Position numbers and translations under genes: made by a program. This document shows positions 36,163 to 48,659 of a DNA stretch of 64,000 nt, in pieces. Under the pieces are notes generated by a model. The model made no database searches. It had not been told where the DNA came from and saw nothing but the letters and a program-made list of their open reading frames with translations. How positions within the stretch are numbered: the first letter of the stretch is position 1; each line of letters starts with the position of its first letter. Where the stretch lies: the NCBI RefSeq assembly GCF_006345805.1, contig NC_043000.1, positions 87,854,001 through 87,918,000 on the forward strand, in the 5' to 3' direction. The stretch is from Octopus sinensis (lineage: Eukaryota).

Positions 36163-37364
36163 ATAAATTAGAGAAGAACCACCATGTAGCAATTCAACAA
36201 TGATATAATCAAATCATACCATATAGAAAAAAATTAAACATACTTTAAAACATTTACCTAGAACTAAATATATATTGATATATTGAGCTTTTATCAAACT
36301 TACAGACATACACATTCACTGCAGTCACCTCTGTCCTCTTCTCTGGCCACCTGTCACCCTCCTTTCACACACTTACGAAACTACCCATTCAACCATGCTC
36401 AATTCTCTGTTCTTATTTTCCGCTTTATTCACCTTCGTCTACATTGAGGTTACATCCTGACACCTCATCTCCACCATTTGCAATTTCCTCTCGTTGCAGT
36501 TGGTGTAGCTTCTCTACACTAAGACACCTGTTCCTGTCTCTTATCATACACTAACCTCTTAACATCTAGCACAAAGCCACCTCCCTCAATACTACACTCA
36601 TTCTGTCAGAGGGTCTTGCCTTGCCAGCTCCTTGGAGACATCACTAGAGCTGCTGCTACAAACAAAGTACTCAGTATACTCTCTGAAGAGGTTGGCTTTA
36701 AGAAGGAGAACATCCAGACACTAGAGCTCAAAACAGCCCTCTGGCCCATCATATCCTGTTGAACAACTTGACGCATGCTAGCATGGAAGACAAATGCTAA
36801 ATAATGATGATGAAGATGATGATATAGATATAGTTTTTCTTTGGTGGAGTAAATTGGCAGTAATTGCAAAGTGGCTCAAGGGCCAAGAGGTTCATGCATT
36901 ATGAATTTGACCAGTACTATGCACAAAACTCGCCTCAGTTCACTTTGTAACTAATGTCAACTAGTAACAACAACAACAACAATAATAATAAAAATAATAA
37001 TAATATATAAAAGCTGGACCCATGAAATATTCATGGAAAACATTAAAAATGTAAGCATCTATAAACAGTGTACTGGTGCCATGAGAAATGTTTGTATATT
37101 ATGACTGTCTGTCTTTACGTTCTGAGTTCAAATTCTTTGCATTTTGTCCTTTCAGGGTCGATAAATCAAGTATCAGTTGTGTACTGGGGTTGATCTAATC
37201 AACTGGCCCCCTTCCCACAAAAAAATCAGGCATAGGAAAGTACATTGTGACACTTACAGAATATAGAAAATAATGTAACACTAATGACTATATAATCCAA
37301 CCAAAATATCTCTGTTACACAAACATAAATGGAATTACTATTTAAGTTTAAAATACATCGTACG

Positions 37365-37398
<34 letters not shown>

Positions 37399-38614
37399 AT
37401 ATATATGTATGTATATAAATTAGAGAAGAACCACCATGTAGCAATTCAACAATGATATAATCAAATCATACCATATAGAAAAAAATTAAACATACTTTAA
37501 AACATTTACCTAGAACTAAATATATATTGATATATTGAGCTTTTATCAAACTTACAGACATACACATTCACTGCAGTCACCTCTGTCCTCTTCTCTGGCC
37601 ACCTGTCACCCTCCTTTCACACACTTACGAAACTACCATTCAACCATGCTCAATTCTCTGTTCTTATTTTCCGCTTTATTCACCTTCGTCTACATTGAGG
37701 TTACATCCTGACACCTCATCTCCACCATTTGCAATTTCCTCTCGTTGCAGTTGGTGTAGCTTCTCTACACTAAGACACCTGTTCCTGTCTCTTATCATAC
37801 ACTAACCTCTTAACATCTAGCACAAAGCCACCTCCCTCAATACTACACTCATTCTGTCAGAGGGTCTTGCCTTGCCAGCTCCTTGGAGACATCACTAGAG
37901 CTGCTGCTACAAACAAAGTACTCAGTATACTCTCTGAAGAGGTTGGCTTTAAGAAGGAGAACATCCAGACACTAGAGCTCAAAACAGCCCTCTGGCCCAT
38001 CATATCCTGTTGAACAACTTGACGCATGCTAGCATGGAAGACAAATGCTAAATAATGATGATGAAGATGATGATATAGATATAGTTTTTCTTTGGTGGAG
38101 TAAATTGGCAGTAATTGCAAAGTGGCTCAAGGGCCAAGAGGTTCATGCATTATGAATTTGACCAGTACTATGCACAAAACTCGCCTCAGTTCACTTTGTA
38201 ACTAATGTCAACTAGTAACAACAACAACAACAATAATAATAAAAATAATAATAATATATAAAAGCTGGACCCATGAAATATTCATGGAAAACATTAAAAA
38301 TGTAAGCATCTATAAACAGTGTACTGGTGCCATGAGAAATGTTTGTATATTATGACTGTCTGTCTTTACGTTCTGAGTTCAAATTCTTTGCATTTTGTCC
38401 TTTCAGGGTCGATAAATCAAGTATCAGTTGTGTACTGGGGTTGATCTAATCAACTGGCCCCCTTCCCACAAAAAAATCAGGCATAGGAAAGTACATTGTG
38501 ACACTTACAGAATATAGAAAATAATGTAACACTAATGACTATATAATCCAACCAAAATATCTCTGTTACACAAACATAAATGGAATTACTATTTAAGTTT
38601 AAAATACATCGTAC

Positions 38615-38617
<3 letters not shown>
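36153..38617. repeat. Near-perfect 1.25-kb tandem duplication with (TA)n at all three boundaries
   Basis: 36153-37366 = 37405-38617 (offset 1252/1251). The only difference noticed is ctacccattc vs ctaccattc. Confidence 0.93.
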
Positions 38618-38653
<36 letters not shown>

Positions 38654-39851
38654 TAAATTGAGTTTTGTTTATCCTCTATGTAATGCCAAGTCTAAGATAT
38701 ACACACATATACAAAACAGGCAATTGTGGAGTTGATTATCAAATTGAATTTAACAACAAAAAAAAAAGATAAAAACTGAACAAAACTGCTATACTTCAAA
38801 ACATATCTAAGTTGCAGAGAAAAGATTTACAGTAAATAATAATTTTGCTGTCAGATAAATTTTGGTGAAACCAATAATTGTAAAATCCTGAACTTAATAT
38901 ATCCCCTTTTGTTATGAAATTGATATATAAGATAATTACTGTGAGGTAACAAAATGAAAGCTTTGCTTGCTGTCACTTGTTTCCTCTGTTATTAATGAAA
39001 CAAAATATTTGCAGATGTGTTTTGTGAAACTGATCCAAAAGAGCTGAAGTTATAGAAATGAATACAATACTTTGAAATTCAAACATGCACACATACATAT
39101 ACATTCATTATTGGAGACAGAAGCCATATTTGTTCAAAACAGCAATTTTGTATATCATACTAAACACAGATATACAGTAGAAAGACTGGAAACTGTGGCA
39201 TTTGTCTGCAGCATCTTGTATATATGTACAGTGTTAAAAAACACAGAAATATGTCAGTAGCAGACAAAGTGTCTAGCAGCAGTAGTGAAATTGCTAAATA
39301 TGTATTTCTGCTTTTTGTGAGCATCATCAGAAGCAAATATCCACTAACCAAGACAAATTTTGTTTTCACAGTATATTTGCATTAAGTATGATATACAGAA
39401 TATTATTTTGAATTAATAGCAAATTTTTATCCAGCTGCAAGACCAATGCAAGACCAATGATTCGTTAATCAGTATCTTTCAATATCAGTTGAGGCTAAAT
39501 GTGTCTAAGTATGCAGCTGATAGTGGACTGATGATTGCCAAGGAAGCAGAAATATATACTACTACTGCTATACATTTTCTGTCTGCTATTCATACACACC
39601 CATCCAAACACACAATGCTTTTTTTCAGTTTTCAATCAAATCCACTTATAAGGCTCGGGTTGACCCATTGCTTAAGGTGCCACAAAGTGGAACTGAACCC
39701 ACAAAGCATATGACTGGAAGTGAACTTCTCAACTACAGAGCCATGTCTGCACTTAACCATGCATGCATATTATATAAATATACTGTATATGAGAACATTC
39801 TCATATGCAGCATATCTATATAAAGCACATATTTAAAAATCTAAATCTTAC

Positions 39852-40037
39852 CAGCTAATCCTGGTCTCAGGCCTGGTTGTTTGGTTTGTTCATAAAGATG
39901 CTGAAGGAGGGTTGGTATTTCATCTAAAGCTTTCTCTTGGTTTCCTGTGCCATACTTTCTGTTTAATGAGCTGTAAATTCCTCGGGGCAGATTTGTTACT
40001 TCACTGTATACCATACTATTCAAGAATTCTTCATAAG
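39852..40037 (-). CDS. FOCAD: Focadhesin-like gene, coding exon B (186 nt, phase 1->1): YEEFLNSMVYSEVTNLPRGIYSSLNRKYGTGNQEKALDEIPTLLQHLYEQTKQPGLRPGLA
   Basis: Acceptor ttttcag|CT, donor GCTG|gtaaga. Strong match to recalled vertebrate FOCAD 'EEFFTSLVKQEMVNMPRGIY...MYETNKQPGLKPGLA'. Confidence 0.92.
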
Positions 40038-40093
40038 CTGAAAATGATTTGAGAAATGTGAGAATTTGATTTAAATCCAAAAAGAAAATTTTA

Positions 40094-40172
40094 ATTAATT
40101 AATTAATTAATTAATTAATTAATACATACATACTACTACTACTACTACATCATTATCATCATCATCATCATC

Positions 40173-40225
<53 letters not shown>

Positions 40226-40245
40226 CATCATCATCATCATCATCA
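40094..40245. repeat. Compound microsatellite (TAAT)n-(TAC)n-(CAT)n-(TAA)n-(CAT)n just upstream (transcript-wise) of exon B
   Basis: Read directly; the (CAT)n end is the tail of a minus-strand RTE 3'-UTR fragment (~40245-40460). Confidence 0.9.
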
Positions 40246-40463
40246 TTTTGATATCTGTTTTCCATGTTGGCCTGACTTGGATGGTTTGATCAGAGCAGCA
40301 AGGTGTCAAACCAGAGAGCTGCATTAGCTTCCAGTCATCTATTTTGTCATGGATTCTATGGCTGGATGCCCTTCCTAATACCAACCACTTTACAGAGGGT
40401 ACTGGGTGCTTTTTTATATGTGTAACCAGCACAAGTGGTTTTTATGTGACACTAGCACAGATG

Positions 40464-40501
<38 letters not shown>

Positions 40502-40657
40502 ATCTATATAGATGCAGCACGGATTTTTGTCAGTGAACAGGTCGCGGTCTTAAAGCGATGAAAATATTTTGACAAATTAAACTTAAATGTTGAAGTGAAT
40601 CGAATGGCTTTTGTGTGTTTCTTAAATGGCTTACAAACACCTTCCACGCTGCAATTG

Positions 40658-40700
<43 letters not shown>

Positions 40701-41063
40701 TATTTTTTTTTCTTTCTTTTTGGACTTTCCTGTTTCCAACATAGAACTATGCTTGAAATATTAAGGACAACTCTCTCTCTTCATTGAGTATATTTCTTGT
40801 GCATGTCCTCACATTTGTTTAGCTCTTTTTTGTTTTTTTAACTGTTTGTTTATTTGAACTGACTATATATATATATATACATATACTTTTTTTTTTTATT
40901 AAAGCTGCAAAAACATCACAGTTTTGTGATGTTTTTGCAGCTTTAATAGAAAGGCATATTACTCTACCTGCAGTATTCGAGTACTATTTTTTCCACCTTG
41001 CTTTGCATTTATGTGTTTAATTGTGTGTGTATGTGTGCATGTATATATATATATATATATGTA

Positions 41064-41751
41064 TAAGCAACAGGATATCAAATAGTGATGCAGTACAACT
41101 GTTTCAAGTGACCCCATTTAATTGTACAATACAATCATTTCATCAATTTAAATGCAGTGCCATCTTCAGCTGAACAAATAAACAAATGGAATTTTAACAA
41201 GTAAGATGCATTAATATAACTTTTTCTGGAATATTTTAACAGACCAAGAAGATGGAAGAAATTCATGTTATCGCTATTGTAAAATTGTTGGCATTAGGAG
41301 TGCACATACAGACATAGAAATTATGCTAAAACAGATGACTGGAACCTAGTGCAGCTCTCTGGCTTACCAGCTTGCAGCTCTAGTCAAACTATCCAAGCCA
41401 GGCCAACATGGAAAATAGATATCAAAATGATTATAATGATGATGAAGTGTGTATGTATGTATGAATGAATGAATAAATGAATGAATGAATTAATTAATTA
41501 AAATTTTCTTTTAAGATTTAAGTCTATTTTTAATTACAATAACGACAACATGAGTTTGTTCCATCTTCTTGCTCTGCAAAAATATTTCAGAAAAATTATA
41601 TTAATATATCCTACTTGTTAAAATTCCATTTATTTATTTGTGCAGCTGAAGATGGCACTGCATTTAAATTGATGAAATGATTGCATTGTTCAATTAAATG
41701 GAGCCATTTGAAATGGTCATACTGCATCAATACTTGATATCCTGTTGCTTA
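41064..41751. mobile_element. Foldback/MITE-like element with ~220-bp inverted arms
   Basis: 41064-41286 is the reverse complement of 41531-41751 (taagcaacaggatatc...gatatcctgttgctta) with scattered mismatches. The spacer holds an RTE tail and microsatellite. Confidence 0.8.
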
Positions 41752-42059
41752 TTTTGATTTTATTCACCTTACTCCAGTCTGTGCAGATAATACAGGACTG
41801 ACTTGGTGCTTCAACTTAAGTACCTAATTCAACAATATATATATATATATTGCTCTCCCACCAGCCTTTGATATCTAACAATCTGTCAGTCATTCTATCA
41901 ATTTATTTACTTCTCTTTCCTTACCCCCACCTTTCTCAATTAATCATGCAATTGATTGGACTGATTTTGGTTTATGATAGATAAAATTAACCATAGTGCT
42001 ATTTGAACTATGAAACATCATGGACGAAACAAAAATACTGTTACACATTTATTGAAGAT

Positions 42060-42350
42060 CTCTACCATCTCAGTAACCTCTGGAAAGGTTGTTTGTGAAA
42101 GACCAGCAGTCACCCTTGCATACCAGCCTCCCCTCTCCATGCCACCGATGTTATCTAAGGGAAAGGCTGAGGCCAATACAGCTTGGTACCAGTGACACTG
42201 CAACTTATTTCTACAGCTGAGTTAACTGAAGCAACGTGAAATAAAGTGTCTTGCTGAAGAACATAACACAGAGCCCAGTCTCGGAACTGAACTCACTACC
42301 TTATCACTGTGAGCATGACATTCTAACCACTGAGCGATGTGCCTTCAGTA
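42060..42350 (-). mobile_element. tRNA-derived SINE (same head family as 63870-64000)
   Basis: Reverse strand gaaggcacatcgctcagtggttagaatgtcatgctcacag...gtgagttcagttcc; body cttcagcaagacactttatttcacgttgct. Confidence 0.7.
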
Positions 42351-42389
42351 ACCCCTGCTATTCCATATACGGGTCAAATGTCATCATTG

Positions 42390-42975
42390 TTTTAATATCT
42401 ACAAAGCTGTGACATGAGGCGATATTGATAAATTGGGTATAGCTGATCATGTATGGAAAATGGAGACCACCTCCTCCTGTGGGATGAAGCTAAAATAATA
42501 GACAGAGAACACCACTGGAAAATACGAAAACTAAAAGAAGCAGCACATATCCTAGGACACAACAACCTCCTAAGCAGACCGAGTGCATATATGAGCAGCA
42601 TATGGTTACTGGTATTAAGGAAGGATAGAAAAATATTAGATTTTGAAGCCCTAAATTCACTCCATAATTACCCACAGGCATGTGGTGTAGTGGTTAAGAG
42701 TGCAGGCTACTAACTCTAAGATGCCAAGTTCGATTCCAAACAGTGACCTGAACAACAACAGCAAAAGCAACAACATTGAAAAATACTTTAGGAATGAGAA
42801 CCCAGGTTCGAAATTTCCCCAAGACACCTGAAGAAGGCTGGAGGGTATATCAGCTGAAACGTTGTGTTAACAACAAACAAGATGAGGACAAATATCTGTC
42901 TAATGTAAATAATGTACATAATTCCTCATCTCTTAAATACAGAAGTTATCTACTTAGCCATGTTTGCATGTGTCA
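42390..42975 (+). mobile_element. Penelope/Poseidon-type 3' remnant: GIY-YIG C-terminus, tRNA-like segment, hammerhead
   Basis: GIADHVW..NGDHLLLWDEAKIIDREHHWKIRKLKEAAHI; A box 42683-42693, B box 42728-42737; hammerhead 42823-42868. Confidence 0.75.
42823..42868 (+). ncRNA. Minimal type I hammerhead ribozyme motif with intact catalytic core
   Basis: GACAC-CTGAAGA-A-GGCTG(10-nt loop)CAGCT-GAAAC-GT-T-GTGTT; stem I 5 bp, stem II 5 bp, palindromic stem III. Confidence 0.78.
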
Positions 42976-44151
42976 GACAAGATTACATTGGGGTAGGATT
43001 TTCATATTTTCTATAGCCAGGTGCCCTTTTCCATCACCATATCCTCATCTGCTTCCAAGCGAGGTAATAATCTCCAAGTTTATTGATCAATAAATAGCGG
43101 AGACGTGATTATATGGAGAACTGGAAACAAGCAACAATAAAATGAGTCTTTTGTTCACAGAAATCATGCAACATGTCAAGACCTGTCCAGTAACCTGAAT
43201 ATGCACTTGTGAATTGGAAGCAAATAACACCATTAATAAAGTCATAGTTTGCAGACAGCAAGCAAACACATGTTCAGACTTGAGAAATTCAAACTCTCTC
43301 TCTTTCCTTACACACATGCACGCATATAGTCAATGCTCTTACATACTCATAGTCCAGTAACTGAAACAAGTAAACAATAACAGATGAAAAAAAATATCAG
43401 CATGCATTTTTCAGTTTTTACCTACTAAATCCACTCCCAAGGTTTTGATCAACCTTGCAGCCAGCCATAACAAAAGACATGTGCAAGATGGTATGCAGTG
43501 GGACTGAACTGCAAATCATATGATTGGAAAGAGAAATTCTTAACCACACAGACACTGGAATTGATTTGCTACTATAAGAAAAATTTAAACACTAAAACAT
43601 CTACCAAAGTTTTGTCAGAGAGGATTGTGTTTACTTGTTTATGTAGACACAAGTAAACACATCTCTTACTCCAACAATAACTTCTGCCTGAAGCATTAGA
43701 CATCGTCTTCAAGGTGTAAGATTTATTTATGAACTTTATACATTACTATTTTGCTAACAAAGACCAGAATCAGTTTCCGCTCACTCTAATCTTGTATCTT
43801 GAAATGAAAATATAAAACAGCAACAAATAAAAAAACCCAACTGTCATCTGAATAATATTCAGATTCTATTTAATTTTAAAACTATTATCCTTATACATAT
43901 ACATGTGTGTGTGTGTGTGTATACAGAAAGAGAAAGAGAGCAAATGAGTGAGAATGAGATAGATACATATAAAGATTTTCATCTAATGGCATAGTGAAAT
44001 AGGTATGTACAATAAGTACTCAGTTTGGTTAACCACTGAAACTCTAAGTTGAACTGCAACAGGAAAAGAGTTGGTGTTGAGGGTGCCTATCATAGATGGT
44101 TAGAACTGGCCCGTTGTTGAGCGAGTAGATGTATATTAGAAATAGTGAATA

Positions 44152-44955
44152 TAGGTGTAGGAGTGGCTGTGTGGTAAGTAGCTTGCTTACGAACCACGGG
44201 TTCAGTCCCACTGTGTGGCACCTTGAGCAAGTGTCTTCTACTATAGCCTTGGGCCGACCAAAGCCATGTGAGTGGATTTGGTAGATGGAAACTGAAAGAA
44301 GCCTGTCATATATATATACTCTTTTTACTCTTTTACTCTTTTACTTGTTTCAGTCATTTGACTGCGGCCATGCTGGAGCACTGCCTTCAGTCGAGCAAAT
44401 CGACCCCGGGACTTATTCTTTGTAAGCCCAGTACTTATTCTATCGGTCTCTTTTGCCGAACCGCTAAGTGACGGGGACGTAAACACGCCAGCATCGGTTG
44501 TCAAGCAATGCTAGGGGGACAAACACAGACACACAAACATATACACACATATATATATACATATATACGACAGGCTTCTTTCAGTTTCCGTCTACCAAAT
44601 CCACTCACAAGGCATTGGTCGGCCCGGGGCTATAGCAGAAGACACTTGCCCAAGATGCCATGCAGTGGGACTGAACCCGGAACCATGTGGTTGGTTAGCA
44701 AGCTACTTACCACACAGCCACTCCTGCGCCTATGTATGTGTATATATGTTTGTGTGCTTGTGTTTGTCCACCAATATCGCTTGACAACCGATGCTGGTGT
44801 GTTTATGTCCCTGTAACTTAGCAGTTCAGCAAAAGAGACTGGTAGAATAAGTACTAGGCTTACAAAGAATAAGTCCTGGGGGCGATTTGCTTGACTAAAG
44901 GCGGTGCTCCAGCATGTCCACAGTCAAATGACTGAAACAAGTAAATGAGTAAAGC
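44152..44955. mobile_element. Nested composite SINEs: plus copy (44152-44310 + 44731-44955) interrupted by a full minus copy (44320-44730)
   Basis: The 5' and 3' modules of the outer copy flank an inverted complete copy inserted in the central TA linker. Confidence 0.85.
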
Positions 44956-45583
44956 AAAATATGCAGTGTCACTTTAAATGGGTAAAGCCTCTTACAGCTG
45001 CACGACACTTTATGTATTGACTATAACTTCTCTGTACCATGTTTAAATTATAAATTAAATGATCTAATGTAATACCATATGTTTTGCTTTTTTATTCTCT
45101 TTTTCATACATACATAGTCAATTCAAATAAATGGATAATAAAATTAACAGACAAGAGGACTTGCTCAAGGAATGTATTAGCTTAATGTTTGGTAAAGGAG
45201 AGAGTTTGAGGTTTACACACACACACACACACTCACACACATATATATGTAGTATTAATAATGATCAGGAGAATGGAGATTATTTCCACATCAATAGTTT
45301 AATTAAACAGTTATTTACAGCATTCTTTACATGTGTGTACACCTAAACTTCATAATACCTTTCATTATACTCTTTACTCTTTTATTTGTTTCAGTCATGT
45401 GACTGTGGCCATGCTGGAGTACCGTCTTTAGTCGAGCAAATCAACCCCAGGGCTTATTCTTTGTAAGCCTACAAAGTCTCTTTTGCCGAACTGTTAAGTT
45501 ATGGGGACGCAAACACACCAGCATCGGTTGTCAAGCGAAGTTGGGGGAACAAACACAGACACACAAACATATACACACACACG

Positions 45584-45646
<63 letters not shown>

Positions 45647-45653
45647 ATATATA

Positions 45654-45691
<38 letters not shown>

Positions 45692-46305
45692 TATATATAT
45701 GAGGGGTTTTGTTCAGTTTCTGTCTACCAAATCCACTCATCCACTCACAAGGCTTTGGTCAGCCCGTGGCTATAGGAGAAGACACTTGCCCAAGGTGCCA
45801 CACAATGGGACTGAACCCAGTTCAGCATGCGGTTCATAAGCAAGCTACTTACCACACAGCCACTCCTACGCCTATATTATGGAAATAATTTGTGTTAAAT
45901 ACCATTGCACATATTTTATTCAATACTGCTTTATGCAAGTCCATTTATTTAATTCGAGCTTGATCAAACTTTACATATGCCAGCAAACTGAATGTTTGCT
46001 GTTCTTATCTGTGACACTTCATTCTGACAGGAATGTGAATGACAAATTCTGCATTCATGGCTGATGATGTGTAAGAGTCCAGAAATACATGTATCTCACA
46101 ATCTGATGACATCAACCATAGCTGAACATATCTTCACACATGTTGCCTAAGAGGAGAAATTTCCCCAAAGATAATTTGGTAGTGACAGCTCTTACCATAT
46201 TTCAGTGTATACAAATGTATCAAATATCACTGTACAAACATATATTTTATTCAAGACTACTTTGTATAACTACTTATAAATATGTTCACACATCAGGGGG
46301 ATATG

Positions 46306-46344
<39 letters not shown>

Positions 46345-47034
46345 TTTGTGCGTGTGATCATTATTTGATGTTCACTTTTCCATGCTTGCATGGGTCAGAC
46401 AAAATTTGTTCAGGTAGATTTTTTTATGGTCATATACACTTCCTGTTACCAACTCTATCCAGTTTTCAAGTAAGGTAATATTTCTTATAACTAGATATGG
46501 TTTCCATGGAAGACTGGAAATGAACAAGCAAATACACAAATATTGCTACATAGAACAGACAATGTATACAATGACACAATGCACATACGTACACACACAC
46601 ATACACACACTCTCTCACATCATTTCTTTTAGTCATTTGACTGTGGCTATGTAGGGGGACTACCTTGAAGGGCTTTAGTCATACAAATTGACCCCAGGAT
46701 TTACTTTTTTATGCCTAGTACTTATTCTATCAGTCTCTATGGCCAAACTGCTAAGTTATAGGGATATACACACACCAATACTGGTTGTTAAGCAGATGTG
46801 GGTGACAAACACATACACAAAGCCACACACACACATATATATATATATATATAAATATGACAAGCTCCTTTCAGTTTCCATCTACCAAATCCACTCAAAA
46901 GGCTTTGGTCTGACCGAGGCTATAGTAGAAGACACTTGCCCATGTTGTCATGTAGTGAGGCTTAATCCATAACCATGTGGTTGAGAAGCAAGCTTTTTAC
47001 CACACAGCCATGCCTGCACCTCTCTCTCTATATA

Positions 47035-47073
<39 letters not shown>

Positions 47074-47191
47074 TTACATATCATTTGTAAAAAACATAAA
47101 TCAGAAAAAAGAAGCACACTCTAAGGTGTAGAGCAGTACAAATGAACGCCAAACAATATGTGGAATCAGAATATAAAATTTCAACCCCACC

Positions 47192-47222
<31 letters not shown>

Positions 47223-47329
47223 CTAAAAAATGGGGAAGGCCGGTTTATGGGATAACCTTAGATTTCTCATCCATAAAAGGTTTAGCTTCATAGTGTATTG
47301 ACAGATCCCGAAACCTGTTGGCCCATGAT

Positions 47330-47378
47330 CTATATATATATATATATATATAATATATATATGTAAATATATAATATA

Positions 47379-47424
<46 letters not shown>

Positions 47425-47525
47425 TATATATATACATATATATATATACTATATATATATATATACATATATATATAACATATATATATATATACAATAT
47501 ATATATATATACATATATATATATA

Positions 47526-47588
<63 letters not shown>

Positions 47589-47637
47589 CATAATATATAT
47601 ATATACATATATATATATATACATATTATATATATAC

Positions 47638-47726
<89 letters not shown>
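47330..47726. repeat. Long interrupted (TA)n microsatellite
   Basis: Read directly. Similar tracts at 8500-8656, 18290-18360, 45610-45700, 48465-48600, 49485-49665. Confidence 0.95.
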
Positions 47727-47730
47727 GTCA

Positions 47731-47802
47731 TCCTCGGTAGTATAGTGGTAAGTATCCCCGACTGTCACGTGGGAGACCGGGGTAGGATTCTCCGCCGGGG
47801 AG
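47731..47802 (+). pseudogene. tRNA-Asp(GTC) pseudogene
   Basis: 72-nt cloverleaf TCCTCGGTAGTATAGTGGTAAGTATCCCCGACTGTCACGTGGGAGACCGGGGTAGGATTCTCCGCCGGGGAG. T-loop TTCGATT reads TAGGATT (B box broken); anticodon-stem mismatch; no CCA; T5 run downstream. Confidence 0.88.
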
Positions 47803-47822
47803 GCTTGGTTTTTCTAATTTTG

Positions 47823-48450
47823 ACCCAGGAAAACCTGGGACGAGGTTGTGAAGCACAACCTTCGAACTTTAGGTCTCACCAAGGAAATGACTAGAGACCG
47901 AGCCCTATGGAAGTATGCTGTGCGTGAGAAGACCTGGCAGGACTAGTGAGACCATAACCCGTGGCCTCTACCTGGTATGTAGCCAGTCAACTTATACATA
48001 CCTTTCCTTCTTGGGACACAAAACTCCACTTGTGAAGACCCGTTGAGGCAAGTGGAAATAAAATCAAATCAAATCAGATATCAGAAAGCAGAACCAAAAT
48101 CAAAGTCGATCAACGTTAATGGAAATTGAAGCTGTGATACCAGTGCCGGTGACAAGTAAGCGAACCATCCGATCGTGGCCGTTGCCAGCGCCGCCCCGAC
48201 TGGCCTCCGTGCCGGTGGCACGTAAAAACCACCATCCGTCCGTGGCCGTTTGCCAGCCCTGTCTGGCACCTGTGCGGGTGGCACGTAAAAAGCACCCACT
48301 ACACTCACGGAGTGGTTGACGTTAGGAAGGGCATCCAGCCGTAAAAACAGTGCCAGATCAGACTGGGCCTGATGCAGCCTGCTGGCTTCCCAGACCCCAG
48401 TTGAACCGTCCAACCTATGCTAGCATGGAAAGCAGACGCTGAATGAAAAT
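47823..48450 (+). mobile_element. 5'-truncated RTE (end of ORF + 3' UTR)
   Basis: cccaggaaaacctgggacgagg (PRKTWDE) through gctagcatggaaagc and (GAT)-like tail. Confidence 0.85.
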
Positions 48451-48487
48451 GATTATGCATGATGATATATATATAAATATATATATA

Positions 48488-48522
<35 letters not shown>

Positions 48523-48659
48523 TATATATATAGATAATATATATATATAAATAAATACATATATATATATATATATATAAATGAATACATATATATATAT
48601 ATCATCATCATCATCATCATTTAACGTCCGCTTTAAATGATGATGATGATGATGATATA

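Noticed and set aside
39000-39400. Coding-looking stretch (MSVADKVSSSSSEIAKYVFLLF...)
   Set aside because: Short, stop-interrupted, no recognisable motif or usable splice sites; possibly a decayed transposon, but not supportable.
47330-47768. Ile/Tyr-rich ORFs here and at 8492-8810, 18067-18511, 48490-48681, 49243-49783, 60442-60743
   Set aside because: Translations of (TA)n and (CA)n microsatellites.
47731-47802. Functional tRNA-Asp gene
   Set aside because: T-loop/B box mutated (TAGGATT) and anticodon stem mismatched; called a pseudogene.
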